Source of the DNA: Chiloscyllium plagiosum
Taxonomy: Eukaryota
DNA: 20,000 nucleotides
NCBI RefSeq assembly: GCF_004010195.1
Contig: NC_057718.1
Location: forward strand, 73,248,340 to 73,268,339
Direction of reading: 5' to 3'
Part shown: piece after piece, positions 1 through 11,007 of the stretch
Position numbering within the stretch: the stretch's first letter is position 1
How the letters are laid out: each line of letters starts with the position of its first letter
Program-made: the position numbers and the translations under genes
The notes under the pieces: generated by a model
Seen by the model: only the letters and a program-made list of their open reading frames with translations
Database searches by the model: none
Told to the model about the DNA's origin: nothing

Positions 1-521
1 ATTCTGGTCACCACATTACAGGAAGGATGTGGAGGCTTTGGAGATGGTGCAGAAGAGGTTTCTCAGGATGTTGCCTGAATTAGAGTGTATGAACTACAAG
101 GAGAGGCTAGAAAAATTCAGGTTGTTTTCTCTGGAGTGCCAGAGGCTGAGGGGAGACTTGATAGACATCTTTAAAATGATGAGGTGTATAGATAGGGTTG
201 ACGGTACAACTCTTTTCCCCAGAGCTGAAATGTCTAAAACAAGGGGGCATGCATTTAAGGAGGAAAGTTCAAAGGAGACATGAGGGGCAAATTGTTTTAC
301 TGTGGTCTGAGTGTGGAACGGACTACCACTGGTGGTGGTGGATGCAGATATGATACGGGCATTTAAGAGATCTTTAGATAAGCACATGAATATGCAAGGA
401 ATGGAGAAGTATGGACCAAGGGTAGGCAGAGAGATTAGTCTAATTTAGCACCATGTTCGGCACAACATCGAGGATCGAAGGGCCCTATGCTGTACTATGC
501 TGTACTATAGTCTACGTTCTA
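1..521 (+). mobile_element. CR1/HER1-type LINE 3' fragment (ORF2 C-terminus, 3' UTR, short-repeat tail)
   Basis: FWSPHYRKDVEALEMVQKRFLRMLP...RLRGDLI...KTRGH; ends ggatcgaagggcc-(ctatgctgta)2...ctacgttcta. Confidence 0.93.
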
Positions 522-3295
522 ATCCTAGGGAAACAATCCATCCTGTCCTGCGGACATCTATTTTCAAGGAATTCCAACTCCTAACACTTCCTTTCTCATG
601 TTTTGTCCAACATTTCACACTGCCTGTCTTGGTTTAAATATCCACAACATCCGATTCCTGATTACGAGGACAAAAAAAAATTTAAATATTTTTCCCATAT
701 CCTCTGGATCTTCAAGATGTTCCCTTCTTCATCTGACAGGTCCCACATTTTCCCTTAGCTATGTTTTTGCTCTTGGTAAATTGCTAAAACATTGTTGGGT
801 TTTCTTTCATTTTGCTTGCTAATATTTTAGCATTTCCTTTCATTTTGTTTTTTCTTGATTCTTATACTTTCTTTACTGCAGTATTGAGTTTTGAGAGTAT
901 TATAAGCTCTCTTACTGTTTAATTTTTCCCTGTATTTTTCTAGACAGCCATGGAAGTCCATATTTGTCAGTGCCATTCTTATTTTTCAAGGATTTTGTCT
1001 GCTTTGTGTCCCAAGGATCTCACTTTTGTGCCTTCCACTGGTATACCATTGATGTATCCTTTAGCAGTCCTGTCCAGTCCACTTCAGTCAGTTCAGCTTT
1101 ATAAAGAAAAAAATGACATTCCCTAATTAAAAGCTTTTAATCCTGATTGTTGTCCTTTTCCATAAGACTAACCAAATTGAGGTCCCTATCCCTGATATGG
1201 TCATCTGCTATTAATTTACCCACTTGCCCATCCACATTTTCTAAAACTAAATGCAGAATTGTGTCTCCTCTCATTAGGCTCGTAAGATAGTTTAAACATC
1301 TTTTTCCTGGACACAGTACATGAATAGTTCACACTCAATGTCACTTATATTGTTTGAGAAACCCAAATGATAGTGGGATACTTGTAAGCTATTTATTAAT
1401 GTCCTCTCAATCCAAAAGGCTCAAATTTATCTACATTCATATTCTGCTATCTCCCTCACTATTTGGTGGTGATGGGGTATCTGAAATATATGTGTAGTAG
1501 TGTAAATGATCCTTTTTTATTCTTAAACTCAACCCATGAAACCTCATTTAATTAACCCATAAAGTATATCATCCTTTCGCGATTGTAAATAAGACCATAA
1601 GACCATAAGACATAGGAGTGGAAGTAAGGCCATACGGCCCATCGAGTCCACTCCGCCATTCAATCATGGCTGATGGGCATTTCAACTCTACTTACCCGCA
1701 TTCTCCCTGTAGCCCTTAATTCCTTGTGACATCAAGAATTTATCAATCTCTGCCTTGAAGACATTTAGCGTCCCGGCCTCCACTGCACTCCGCGGCAATG
1801 AATTCCACAGGCCCACCACTCTCTAGCTGAAGAAATGTCTCCGCATTTCTGTTCTGAATTTACCCCCTCTAATTCTAAGGCTGTGTCCACGGGTCCTAGT
1901 CTTCTCGTCTAACGGAAACAATTTCTTAGCGTCCACCCTTTCCAAGCCATGTATTATCTTGTAAGTTTCTATTAGATCTCCCCTTAATTTTCTAAACTCC
2001 AATGAATACAATCATTGGATGATCCATACTGCTAATCTTGTCTTTGTCACCCACTCTATCCTGTCTGAAAACCTAAATAAGGTGTTAATGAGTTACTAAC
2101 TTTGCCTCTCCCTTAGCCAGGTTTCCATTATAGCAGTGGTATCATGCTGCCATTTATTTCTGTGCCCTCAGTTCATCAGCTTAGTTTGTAATACTGCTTG
2201 CATTGAAGTATAAAGAGCTCAATCTGGTTAATTTATTTTGCTGGACACTTTTTAATAATTTGTCTTTCCAAGTTGCAGATATATCACTAACAAATATTCT
2301 ACCACCTGTTTCCTGATCAGCTAAGCCTCCATTTTGGTTCCCATACCCCTGCCATGGTAGTTTGAAACTTTACCTACCAAATTAGCGAAAGCCCCCACAA
2401 AGCTATTTATCCCATTTCTGCCCAAGTGCAATCTGTCAAGCTTGTACATGTGCTACCTTCCCTAGAAAGTCCCAAAGCCTCAAGAATCTAAACCCATTCC
2501 TGGTACACCGTTTCTTCAGCCATGCATTCACTGATCTTATTCCTGCTCTTGCTAGTACTGGAGTAATCCTGAGGTTACTACATTTGAAGTCCTGCATTTT
2601 AATTTATCTCCCAACTTCCTACCTTCAGCTTTCAGATCCTTATCCCTTTTCTTACCATGTTGTTGGTACCTTTGTGTACCACACCCACTGGCTGCTCAAC
2701 CTCCTGCTACAGAATGTCCTGCAGCCTCTCGGTGATATCCTTGGTGCTGGCACTAGGGAGGCAACATATCATCCTGATTTCACATCTGCAACCACAGAAG
2801 AACCTATCTGTATACCTTACTACTGAATCCCCTACCATTATTGCCACTCATTTTCCATCCCTTCCTGCAGCAGAGCCACCTATGGTGCCATCACCCATGG
2901 CTAATGTGACTTTCCTCTGAGAGGCCGTCCCTCCCTATGTATTGAAGCCACTACCTGTTTGAGAAGGAGGAGGTTGGGTGGATGACCACAGAGATTCCTA
3001 CACTTTCTTCCTCAACACGTGACTTTGTCTGATGGTCACACATTCCCTTTCTGCCTTTGCAGTCCTCACTAGTAGTGTGGCTACCTCACTAAGCATGCTG
3101 CCTATGACATTCTCAGCATCACAGATATTGCACAATGTCTCTATCCATAGCTCCAGCTTCAAAAAGCTGTTATCCATTAGCTGTAGTTGGACTCACTTCT
3201 TGCACACATGATTGTCATGGACACTGGATGCATCCCTTATTTCTTACATCACAAGAGGAACACAGTAGAGGTCTGTGGTCTCCTATTATCTCAAT
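522..3295 (-). mobile_element. Old decayed CR1 LINE, 5' half: ORF1 (zinc finger/coiled coil + SGNH esterase) and ORF2 APE endonuclease; interrupted by 1590-2013
   Basis: Minus-strand remnants: LLCSSC...HVCKK*VQLQL (~3130-3275); AIMVGDSVVRYTDRFFCG (GDS at 2824-2832); MICCLPSASTKDITERLQDIL...VVHKGTNN (~2660-2780); LYFNASSITN*ADELRA, AIMETWL (~2110-2215); MRGDTILHLVLENVDGQV (~1220-1275). Many stops and frameshifts; boundaries approximate. Confidence 0.85.
1590..2013 (-). mobile_element. Younger 5'-truncated CR1/HER1 3' fragment nested in the older CR1 endonuclease region
   Basis: LYSLEFRKLRGDLIETYKII...KTRTRGHSLRIRGGKFRTEMRRHFFS; tail seen as aagaccataagaccataagacata. Confidence 0.92.
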
Positions 3296-3321
3296 CTCTC
3301 CAGATTGAGAATTTCTCCCTT

Positions 3322-3396
3322 TGGAGGTAGAGATACAAAAGTGTCCAGAGGGGCAATCTTTTCACACAGAGGTTGGTGAGTGTCTGGTACAGGCTC
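3322..3396 (+). mobile_element. Short CR1 ORF2 C-terminal fragment
   Basis: ...RYKSVQRGNLFTQRLVSVWYRL resembles the RGxxFTQRVVxxWNxL motif of the other CR1 copies. Confidence 0.65.
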
Positions 3397-3584
3397 TCCT
3401 TTCTTTGAGTTGAGAACTTGAAGTCTGAATCTTTTGGTTTGCTGTTGCTAAACTAAAGCAAATTATGTGTTCAGGGTTATAGCAGTGGGATCCTGCTGGT
3501 CAAGGGGAAGGAAGGGTTGTGGCAAAGGCAATGGTCTCAGTATATGTTAAATTGATTTGAAATGTAACAATAGTAGTAACCATG

Positions 3585-3620
3585 CTTAATGGTTGATGTT
3601 TTTTCTTAGCCTGTGTGCAG
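3585..3620 (+). promoter_or_regulatory. 3' splice region upstream of the CGA ATG exon: candidate branch point (cttaat), pyrimidine tract, tandem AG acceptors
   Basis: cttaat...gatgttttttcttag|cctgtgtgcag|gATG; implies an upstream non-coding exon, as in other vertebrate CGA genes. Confidence 0.65.
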
Positions 3621-3621
3621 G

Positions 3622-3721
3622 ATGGCTCGTTACATGAAGTGTGGAGGACTGGCTTTGGTTGTTCTATTCGTGGTAGAGCAGGGTGTGCGATCTTTCCCTG
3701 AAGTGGAGGCTGCAATACCAG
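3622..3721 (+). CDS. CGA: Glycoprotein hormones alpha chain, first coding exon: MARYMKCGGLALVVLFVVEQGVRS / FPEVEAAIP + first base of Gly
   Basis: ATG at 3622 in strong context (gcaggATGg), preceded by a pyrimidine tract and AG acceptors (3608-3609, 3619-3620). 33 codons + 1 nt, then donor AG|gtgaat (phase 1). The 24-aa hydrophobic signal peptide followed by FP-x7-G parallels mammalian alpha (e.g. FPDGEFTMQG). Joins in frame to 13662. Confidence 0.92.
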
Positions 3722-3835
3722 GTGAATATTGCGCTGGCATGATTAGCATGTGATTGAGATTAACTCACTCTTGAAGAAATGATATGATGCAGTTTGGGTT
3801 ATTTTAGATTTAGCTTAGATAGACTTGCTGTAAAT

Positions 3836-5640
3836 AACAAAGAACAAAGAACCTTACAGGACAGGAACAGGCCCTTCGGCCCTCCAAGCCTGAGCCGATC
3901 CAGATCCTCTATCTTAACCTGCCGCCTATTTTCTGAGGATCTGTATCGCTTTGCTCCCTGCCCATTCATGTATCTGTTTGGATACATCTTTAATGACGCT
4001 ATCATTCCCGCCCCTACTACCTCTGCTAGCAACACATTCCAGGCACCCACTGCCCTCTGCATGAAGAACGTTCCATGTATATCTCCCCTAAACTTCTCCC
4101 CTCTCACTTTGAACTCATGATCCCTTGTAATTGAGTCCTCCGTTCTGGGAAAAATCTTCTTGCTATCCACCCTGTCTACACCTCTCTTGATTTTGTAGGC
4201 CTCAATCAGGTCCCCCCTCAATTTCCTATTTCCAATGAAAATAATCCTAATCTACTCAACCTCTCCTCATAGCTAGCACCCTCCAGGCAACATCCTGGTG
4301 AACCTCCTCTGCACTGTCTCCAAAACATCCACATTGTATTGGTAATGTGGCGAACAGAACTGTACACAGTATTCCAAATGTGGCCGAACCAAAGTCTTAT
4401 ACAACTCTAACTTGAACTGCCAACTCTTGTACTCAATACCCTGTCCATTGAAGGAAAGCATGCTGTATACCTTCTTGACCACTCGACTGACCTGCATTGC
4501 CACCTACAGGGAACAATGGACCTGAACACCTGGATATCTCTGTACATCAATTTTCCCCAGGACTTTTCAATTTACTGTATAGTTCACTCTGGAATTACAT
4601 CTTTCAAAATGCATCACCTTTTATTTGTCCGGATTGAACTCCATCTGCCATTTCTCTGCCCAACTCTCCAATCTATCTATATTTTTCTGTATTCTCTGAC
4701 TGTTCCCTTCACTACCTGCTACTCCAGCAACCATAGTGTCATCTGCAAACTTGCTAATGAGGCAACCTACACCTTCCTTCAGATCATTTATGTATATCAC
4801 AAACAACAGTGGTCCCAGCACTAATCCTTGTGGTACACCACTAGTCACAGGTCTCCATTTTAAGAAGCTCCCTTCCACTACTGCTCTCTGTTTCCTGTTG
4901 CCCAACCAGTTCTCTATCCAACTAGCTAGAACAACCAGGACCCTATGCGACTTACCTTTCTTTATCAGCCTACCATGAGGAACCTTATCAAATACCTACT
5001 AAAGTCCATGTATATGACATCTACATCCCTTCCCTCATCAAGCAACTTTGTCACCTCTTCAAATAATTCTATTAGTTTTATACACCATGGCCTTCCCTGC
5101 ACAAAACCATGCTGTCTATCACTGATAAACCCATTTTTTTCCAAATAGGTATATATCCTATCTCTTAGTATCTTCTCCAGTCTTCTTCTACCACTGATAT
5201 CAGGCTCACGAGTGTGTAATTACCTGGATTATCCCTGCTACCTTCTTAAAAAGAGGATAACTTTAGCAATTCTCCATCCCTCTGGGAATTCTGCCAATTT
5301 TAAGGATGCTGCAAAGATATCGGGTAAAGCGCCAGCTATTTCTTCTCTCGGTTCCCTCAGCAACCTGGGATAGATCCATCCGGACCTGGGGACATGTCCA
5401 CCTTAATGCCCTTAGAAGACACACTTCCTCCCTCCTTATGCCGCCTTGACCTAACATCTATCCCTAACCTCAATATCTGCCATGTCTACTCTCTACAAAG
5501 TACTCATTAAGAATCTCACCCATTTTCTCTGACTCCATGCATATCTTTCCTCCTTTGTCCTTGAGGGGGGCCAACTCTTTCCCTAGTTACCCTCTTGCTC
5601 TTCATATATGAATAAAAGGCTTTGGGGTTTTCCTTAACCC
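3836..5640 (-). mobile_element. CR1/HER1 LINE, 5'-truncated (RT domain to 3' tail), decayed
   Basis: VTSGVPQGLVLGPLLFVIYINDL...ISKFADDT; YKTLVRPHLEYCVQF; RGDLIEAYKI; tail aacaaagaacaaagaac and 3' motif ggcccttcggccc (3870-3882). Starts ~115 nt after the CGA donor. Confidence 0.95.
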
Positions 5641-6116
5641 TACCTTTGAGAAATATGATCATAATATGATAGAAGTCCGCATGCAGTTTGAATAAGATAT
5701 AATTATTCTAAAACAAAGGTTTTAGCTGTGGAAAAAAAATTGTGGAGATGAAGGGGCAGGTTGACTGTGGTGGATTGGAAAAAAAGATTTGAAAGAATTG
5801 CCAGTAAATAGGGAATGGTTAAGAAATATTACACAGTTTACAACAAATAAAGATTCACGTAAGGCACACACAACCAAAGGGTAAAACAACTTGTAATTAA
5901 CAAAATAAGCTAAAGAATGCATTACATCAAAGTAAGTATCTTGTCGAGATTTCAAACCCAGCAAAACTTGGGTAAAAAAACTGTAAGAAAGGAAAAAGAA
6001 TACAAGCTTGCAAGGAACATAAAAATAGATTCTGAAGGCTTCTTTATATCTGTGAAAAGGAAAAGCTTAGTTAGAACAAATGTAGGCATGTTACAAGTGG
6101 GAGCAGAGAACTTAAA

Positions 6117-6355
6117 TTCTGGATCAGTGGTGCTGGAAGAGCACAGCAATTCAGGCAGCATCCGATGAGCAGCAAAATCGACGTTTCGGGCAAAAGCCCT
6201 TCATCAGGAATAAAAAGCTTTTTATTCCTGATGAAGGGCTTTTGCCCGAAAAGTCGATTTTGCTGCTCGTCGAATGCTGCCTGAATTGCTGTGGTCTTCC
6301 AGCACCACTGATCCAGAATCTGGTTTCCAGCATCTGCAGTCATTGTTTTTACCCC
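6117..6355 (+). mobile_element. Penelope-like fold-back insert: 204-bp palindrome (6116-6319) + 36-nt tail, 14-bp TSD
   Basis: 102-bp arms centred on aaaaag|cttttt (6217/6218), about 4 mismatches; gcagagaacttaaa at 6103-6116 and 6356-6369. Confidence 0.88.
6180..6207 (-). ncRNA. Minimal type I hammerhead ribozyme motif (mirror copy on + strand at 6228-6255 has one substitution)
   Basis: CUGAUGA-A-GGGC uuuu GCCC-GAAA-CG-UC; helix III reduced to palindromic ACGU; helix I weak. Activity not shown. Confidence 0.65.
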
Positions 6356-9300
6356 GCAGAGAACTTAAAGTAGAGATAAGGAAATCGCAAAGAAGTTAAC
6401 AGTTACTCAGTGTTTGACTTTATAGAGAAGACATACTGAATGTTTCCCAGAAATACTAGGCAACCAATGGACTTGTGAAATTGAGGAACTACAAGACATT
6501 AGTATTAGTTGAGAATTATTACTTAAAGCCAACTGGATTGCAAGTTGGCCTATCCCTGAACCATAGAGATTTCTACGTATGAGCATTAAAGGAGATGGCA
6601 AAACAGATAATGGATGCAATGGTGAATATCTTTCAAAATTGTGGAGATCCTGGAAAAGTGTCTGGGGCTTAGAAAGTGAAAAATATAGCTCTCCTTTTCA
6701 AGAAAAGAGGATGAAGGAGAATGGAAACCACAGACTTGTCAGTTTGATATCAGTTATAAAGAAAATGTGAGAATGTGTTACAAGGAAGGATAAAATAACT
6801 AGATATTTAGAAAATAATCAACAAATTGAACATGTATTTAGGAAGAGGAAGTCTTACTGACAAACCTATTAGGGTTTTTGGGATATACTTGTAGCATTGA
6901 TGCAAGAAAATCATGGATGCAGTGTATTTGGATTTTCAGAAGGCTTTTTGAGGTCCACTCTGGTGGCTAGCAAATAAAGTTAGAGAACATGGAATTGGGG
7001 GAAATATACTCATATGAATTGAGAATTGTTTAACAGGCAGAAAGCAGAGAATGGAGTAATTGGACCATTTCAGGATGCCAGGCAGTTACTAGTGAGATAC
7101 TGCAAGGATTGGTGCCACATCCACAGCTTTGCACAATGTATACAGATGATTTGGATGTTAGAGTACTTTTTCTGGGCCAAGTAGTTTTGTTTCTAATTTT
7201 GAATTGTGTCAAATCTTTTAGAATGTTTTTCACCATAAGGACAAATGGGTTTTCTTGACCTATCTTATCAAACCTGCCTGATTAATTACCACTATGCCCC
7301 TTGCTTCATTAATTACGGCTATGCTCTCATGTCCAATCTCTACCTCCTTTTGCCATGTACCTTTCATGGAACATCTTGCCAATCTGAGGATATACATTGA
7401 AAGATTACAATGTGAGTGTGCCAACTTTGAAAGTATTGACTATGCAGTGTTGCTCCTCATCAATAGCATGATCGCATAGCAGGTATGAAGCCACACTGTC
7501 TAAAATATATAGTTTGCATGGCTAACATTCCCGCACATATACAACCCCATTCTCTCACCTTAGCCACTGTTTAACCACCATGCTACACATTTTACCTGCC
7601 TACATCCCGATTGAAAAACGTCTCTAAATCATTGGGATCCTGATGCCCACTGTAGATCTGAATCTTGTAATTGTCCGGTAGAGGAACATCACATATGGGC
7701 AAGCAACTGGAGAAATACAAATGTAAGCTTTCTTTTATAGAAAATAAACAAATTCAGCAGAGGTAAACTTTGGCCCCACAACACCATCTAGATTTCTGCA
7801 CCATGATCAAACATTATTTTATAGTTAGCGACTGTGTGCTACACCAAGTTGTCTTACCTTGAAACCAGATGTCAATGAGAGACTGCCAGGCTTGTAGAAC
7901 CAGTGATAGTTGAGCTCTGTCATGGACAATGTCAGCTTCTTCATCCCCAGTGTCACCATCTCCTTCAGAAGAACATTAGTCACTTTTCCCAATTCCTCTG
8001 CATCTAGTATATCACCTTATCACCTGCTCCAGTTCTGCAGGGCAAAACATATCAGGACAATACAATACACTTTATCTGGTCTATACTTGAAGGCAGCAAA
8101 ACTGGATCTTCAAGAGACCTATACACTGTTCCATCAAGTCTCTACTGAGGCATTGACAGCATTAAACCTGTGTTCTGCATCAATATAGAATGGTGAGCAC
8201 AGGAACAGGTCCTTTGGCCCATCATGTCTGTGCCGACTATGATGCCATTCTAAACTAATCACATCTCCCTATTCGTTTAGTCCCTGTCTTTTCATGTGTT
8301 TATCTAAATGCCTTTTAAACTTTGCTAACGCATCTGATTCTACCACCGCCCTGCTAGCATGTTTCAGGTATCTATCACTCTCTATGCAAAAAACCTCTCC
8401 TTACACAACTTTGTGAAATGTTTTTCCTTTCATCTTAAATCTATGCCCCGAGTATTTGACACTTACACCCTGGGAAAAAGAATCCAACTATCCACCCTCT
8501 CCATATCTCTCATAATTTTACATACTTTTATCAGATTGCCCTCAGCCTCCAATGCTGCAGCAAAAACAATCCAAGTTTGTCCAACTCTTCCTCATTGCTA
8601 ATACACTCCAATCCAGGCTACATCCTGGTAAACCATTTTTACACCCTCCATAAAGCCTTCATTTCCTTCCTATAGTATGGTGACTAGAACTGTACACAAT
8701 ACTCCAAATGTAACTTAGCTAAAATCTTATACAGGTGCAACATGAATTGCCAACTTTTATGCTCAATTCCCCTACAACTGAAGGCAAGCATGCCAACCAG
8801 CTTCTTTAACAGGTTATCTATATCTGTTGCCTCTTTGTTGAACTTCGCGATTTCTTTATATATCTATTTTCCTAAGGATCCTGTCTATGTTCCTCTTCCA
8901 TTTGACCTCCCAATGATTCAACTCACACTTTTCTGAATAAAACTCTATCTACCATTTCTCCCCTGATCTTTCAAACTGATTTATAACCTCCTTCACTGCC
9001 CACAACTTCACCAATTTTTGTAATTTGAGAACTTTCTAATCAGACCACCTACATTTTCATCCAAAGCATTTACATTTATCACTAATAATAGAAGCCCCAG
9101 CATTAATGCTTGCAGAATATCGCTGGTTACAGATCGCCAGTCAGAAAAACACCCTTCAACAATTACCCTCCATCTTCTACGATCAAGCCAATCTTGTACC
9201 AAATTGCTATTCACCATTGATTCCATGAGACTTAATCTTCTGGATCAGCCTACCATGAGGGATCTTGTCAAATACTATGGTAAAGTCCATACAGACAGCA

Positions 9301-9656
9301 TCCACTGCCCGATCATCAACAATCATTTCGTCACTTCCGCAAAAATCTTAATTTGGAGACGCTGGTGTTGGATTGGGGTGTATAAAGTTAAAACTCACGT
9401 AACACCAGGTTATAGTCCAACAGATTTATTTGGAAGTACTAGTTTTTGGAGCACTGCTCCTTTATCAGGTGATTGTGGATTATAAGATCATAAGACAGAA
9501 CTTATAGCAAATGTTTACAGTGTGATGCAACTGAAATGATATTTTAAAAAGACCTGGATTGTTTGTTATGTTTCTCATCTTTTAGAATGGCCATGTTGGT
9601 TTCAGTTCTTTCATATGTAAATCCCAGAACATTTTTTAAAGTTGCATTCTCATTTG

Positions 9657-9912
9657 AGATTAGATTAGATTCCCTACAGTGTGGAAATAGGCCCTTTGGC
9701 CCAACAAGTCCACACAGACCCTCTGAGGAGTAACCCACCCAGACCCATTTCCCTCTGACTAATGCACCTAACACTATGGGCAATTTAGCATGACCAATTC
9801 ACCTGATTTGTACATCTTTGTGACTGTGGGAGGAAACCGGAGCACCCGGAGGAAACCCGGAACCCTGGTGCTCTGAGGCAGCCATGCTAACCACTGAGCC
9901 ACTGTGCTGCCC
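9657..9912 (-). mobile_element. HE1-like tRNA-derived SINE (V-SINE type), internally deleted
   Basis: Minus-strand head gggcagcacagtggctcagtggttagc (A box); core gggtttcctccgggtgctccggtttcctcccacagtc; LINE-like 3' end gggccaaagggcc and (aatct)n tail. Confidence 0.88.
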
Positions 9913-10060
9913 TGATGAAAGACCTGAAACCAACAAGGTCATTCTAAAAGATGAGAGCCTTAACAAGCAATCCAGATCTTTTTAAATATATCATTTCAGT
10001 TGCATCACATTGTAAACTTTTGCTATAAATTCTGTATCTTATGATTTTATACTCCACAAC

Positions 10061-10095
10061 CACCTGATGAAGGAGCAACACTCTGAAAGCTAGTG
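10061..10095 (+). ncRNA. Minimal type I hammerhead ribozyme motif in the PLE arm
   Basis: cac-CUGAUGA-A-GGAGcaacaCUCU-GAAA-GC-UA-gug: helix I cac/gug, helix II GGAG/CUCU, palindromic AGCU helix III. Confidence 0.65.
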
Positions 10096-10564
10096 CTTCC
10101 AAATAAACCTGTTGGACTATAACCTGGTATTGTGTGATTTTTAACTTCAAAAATTTTAATCACCTTTGTGAGACAAAACCTACCCCACATAAAGCCTTGC
10201 TAACTATCTCTAATAATTTGATTCTTCTCAAAATGCGAGTAAATCCTATACCTAAGAATCATCTCAGATAATTTCCCTACAATCAACATGCCTCCAGTGA
10301 AAGATCCCATCACTGTTAGTGAAAAAGACTTAAATTGAACACAGGAGGAGCAAAAGAGTTTCTTTGGTCTCAGAATAGTTATTGATATTGTACCTTCCGG
10401 ATGAGGAATCCTGGGTGTGGATAAGAGGACATTTGTCTGTCTTTATGTGCAGCAACTTGTTGAAGATGTCCTGCTGGCTGAGTGACTATCACATGTCATT
10501 GAAAAGGGTGTGCCTGCAGTGCAGCACCATCATCTGCCTGGTCCCTCATTAATGTATCACCCCA

Positions 10565-10691
10565 GGCAAGGCTATGGATCAAGTGCTAGAAAGTGGAATT
10601 AGAATAGTTAAGTTGATATTTTTGACTGACCAAGATGTGATGGGCTGAAGGATCTTTTTCTGTGCTGTAGATCTCTGAGTTTATGAGTCTA
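10565..10691 (+). mobile_element. CR1-type 3' UTR remnant
   Basis: ggctatggatcaagtgc...gggctgaaggatc...tctgtgctgtagatctctgagtttatgagtcta resembles the 3' ends of other CR1 copies here. Confidence 0.7.
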
Positions 10692-11007
10692 GATGCCAAG
10701 CCTCAGAATGCGTTCAGCATAGTAATTGTGGCACTTGCAAGGATGTTATGTTGTCTTTGTGCCGTTATTGCTGATAATTTCAATAGTGTTGAGAGAACCG
10801 AATTCAATTTGCGAGCATCTGTGACATGTAGCAAATCAACTCTGAGCAGCTGCTATCCTTAAGCTCCTTCACTGTACGTGTCTAGCAAATGGGTAATGAA
10901 ATGATTGCTAATCCCATGCAGCCAAACTTTGCACATGTATTCACCCCATTCACCTTGATTTTTCCACCACTCACTATCCTTATCACCACTTCTACATGCT
11001 TCTCTGC

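Larger units (their letters stand above)
5641..7165 (+). mobile_element. Old, AT-rich CR1 ORF2 fragment of a different subfamily (end of endonuclease to RT), interrupted by the PLE insert 6117-6355
   Basis: KYDHNMIEV; KEYKLARNIKIDSEGFF; GNHRLVSLISVIKKM; DAVYLDFQKAF; VTSEILQGLVPHPQLCTMYTDDLD. Confidence 0.85.
9353..10147 (-). mobile_element. Penelope-like inverted-repeat insert: ~230-bp arms (9385-9614, 9915-10147), 32-nt tail (9353-9384), SINE in the spacer, 13-bp TSD
   Basis: Arms are reverse complements (aagttaaaa...tttcat / atgaaa...ttttaactt); caaaaatcttaat at 9340-9352 vs caaaaattttaat at 10148-10160. Confidence 0.85.
8184..10285 (-). mobile_element. CR1/HER1 LINE (RT to 3' end), decayed, split by the PLE insert 9353-10147
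   Basis: VIVEGCFSDWRSVTSDILQALMLGLLLLVINVNALDENVGGLIRKF; 3' motif ggtcctttggccc near 8208; sequence resumes collinearly after 10148. Confidence 0.9.

Noticed and set aside
1575..2025. TSD around the nested CR1 fragment
   Set aside because: Only a 3-nt match at most; not distinguishable from chance.
3400..3600. CGA promoter/TATA immediately upstream of the ATG exon
   Set aside because: The region reads as an intron 3' end; no convincing promoter elements, and CGA normally has an upstream non-coding exon.
5600..5700. Twin-priming inversion at the minus/plus CR1 junction near 5640
   Set aside because: The plus piece is much more decayed, looks like another subfamily, and overlaps the same ORF2 region.
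6103..6369. Palindromes as DNA-transposon MITEs, rho-independent terminators or CRISPR repeats
   Set aside because: Asymmetric tail, long variable TSDs, hammerhead motifs and linkage to a PLE ORF end; eukaryotic context; no repeat-spacer array.
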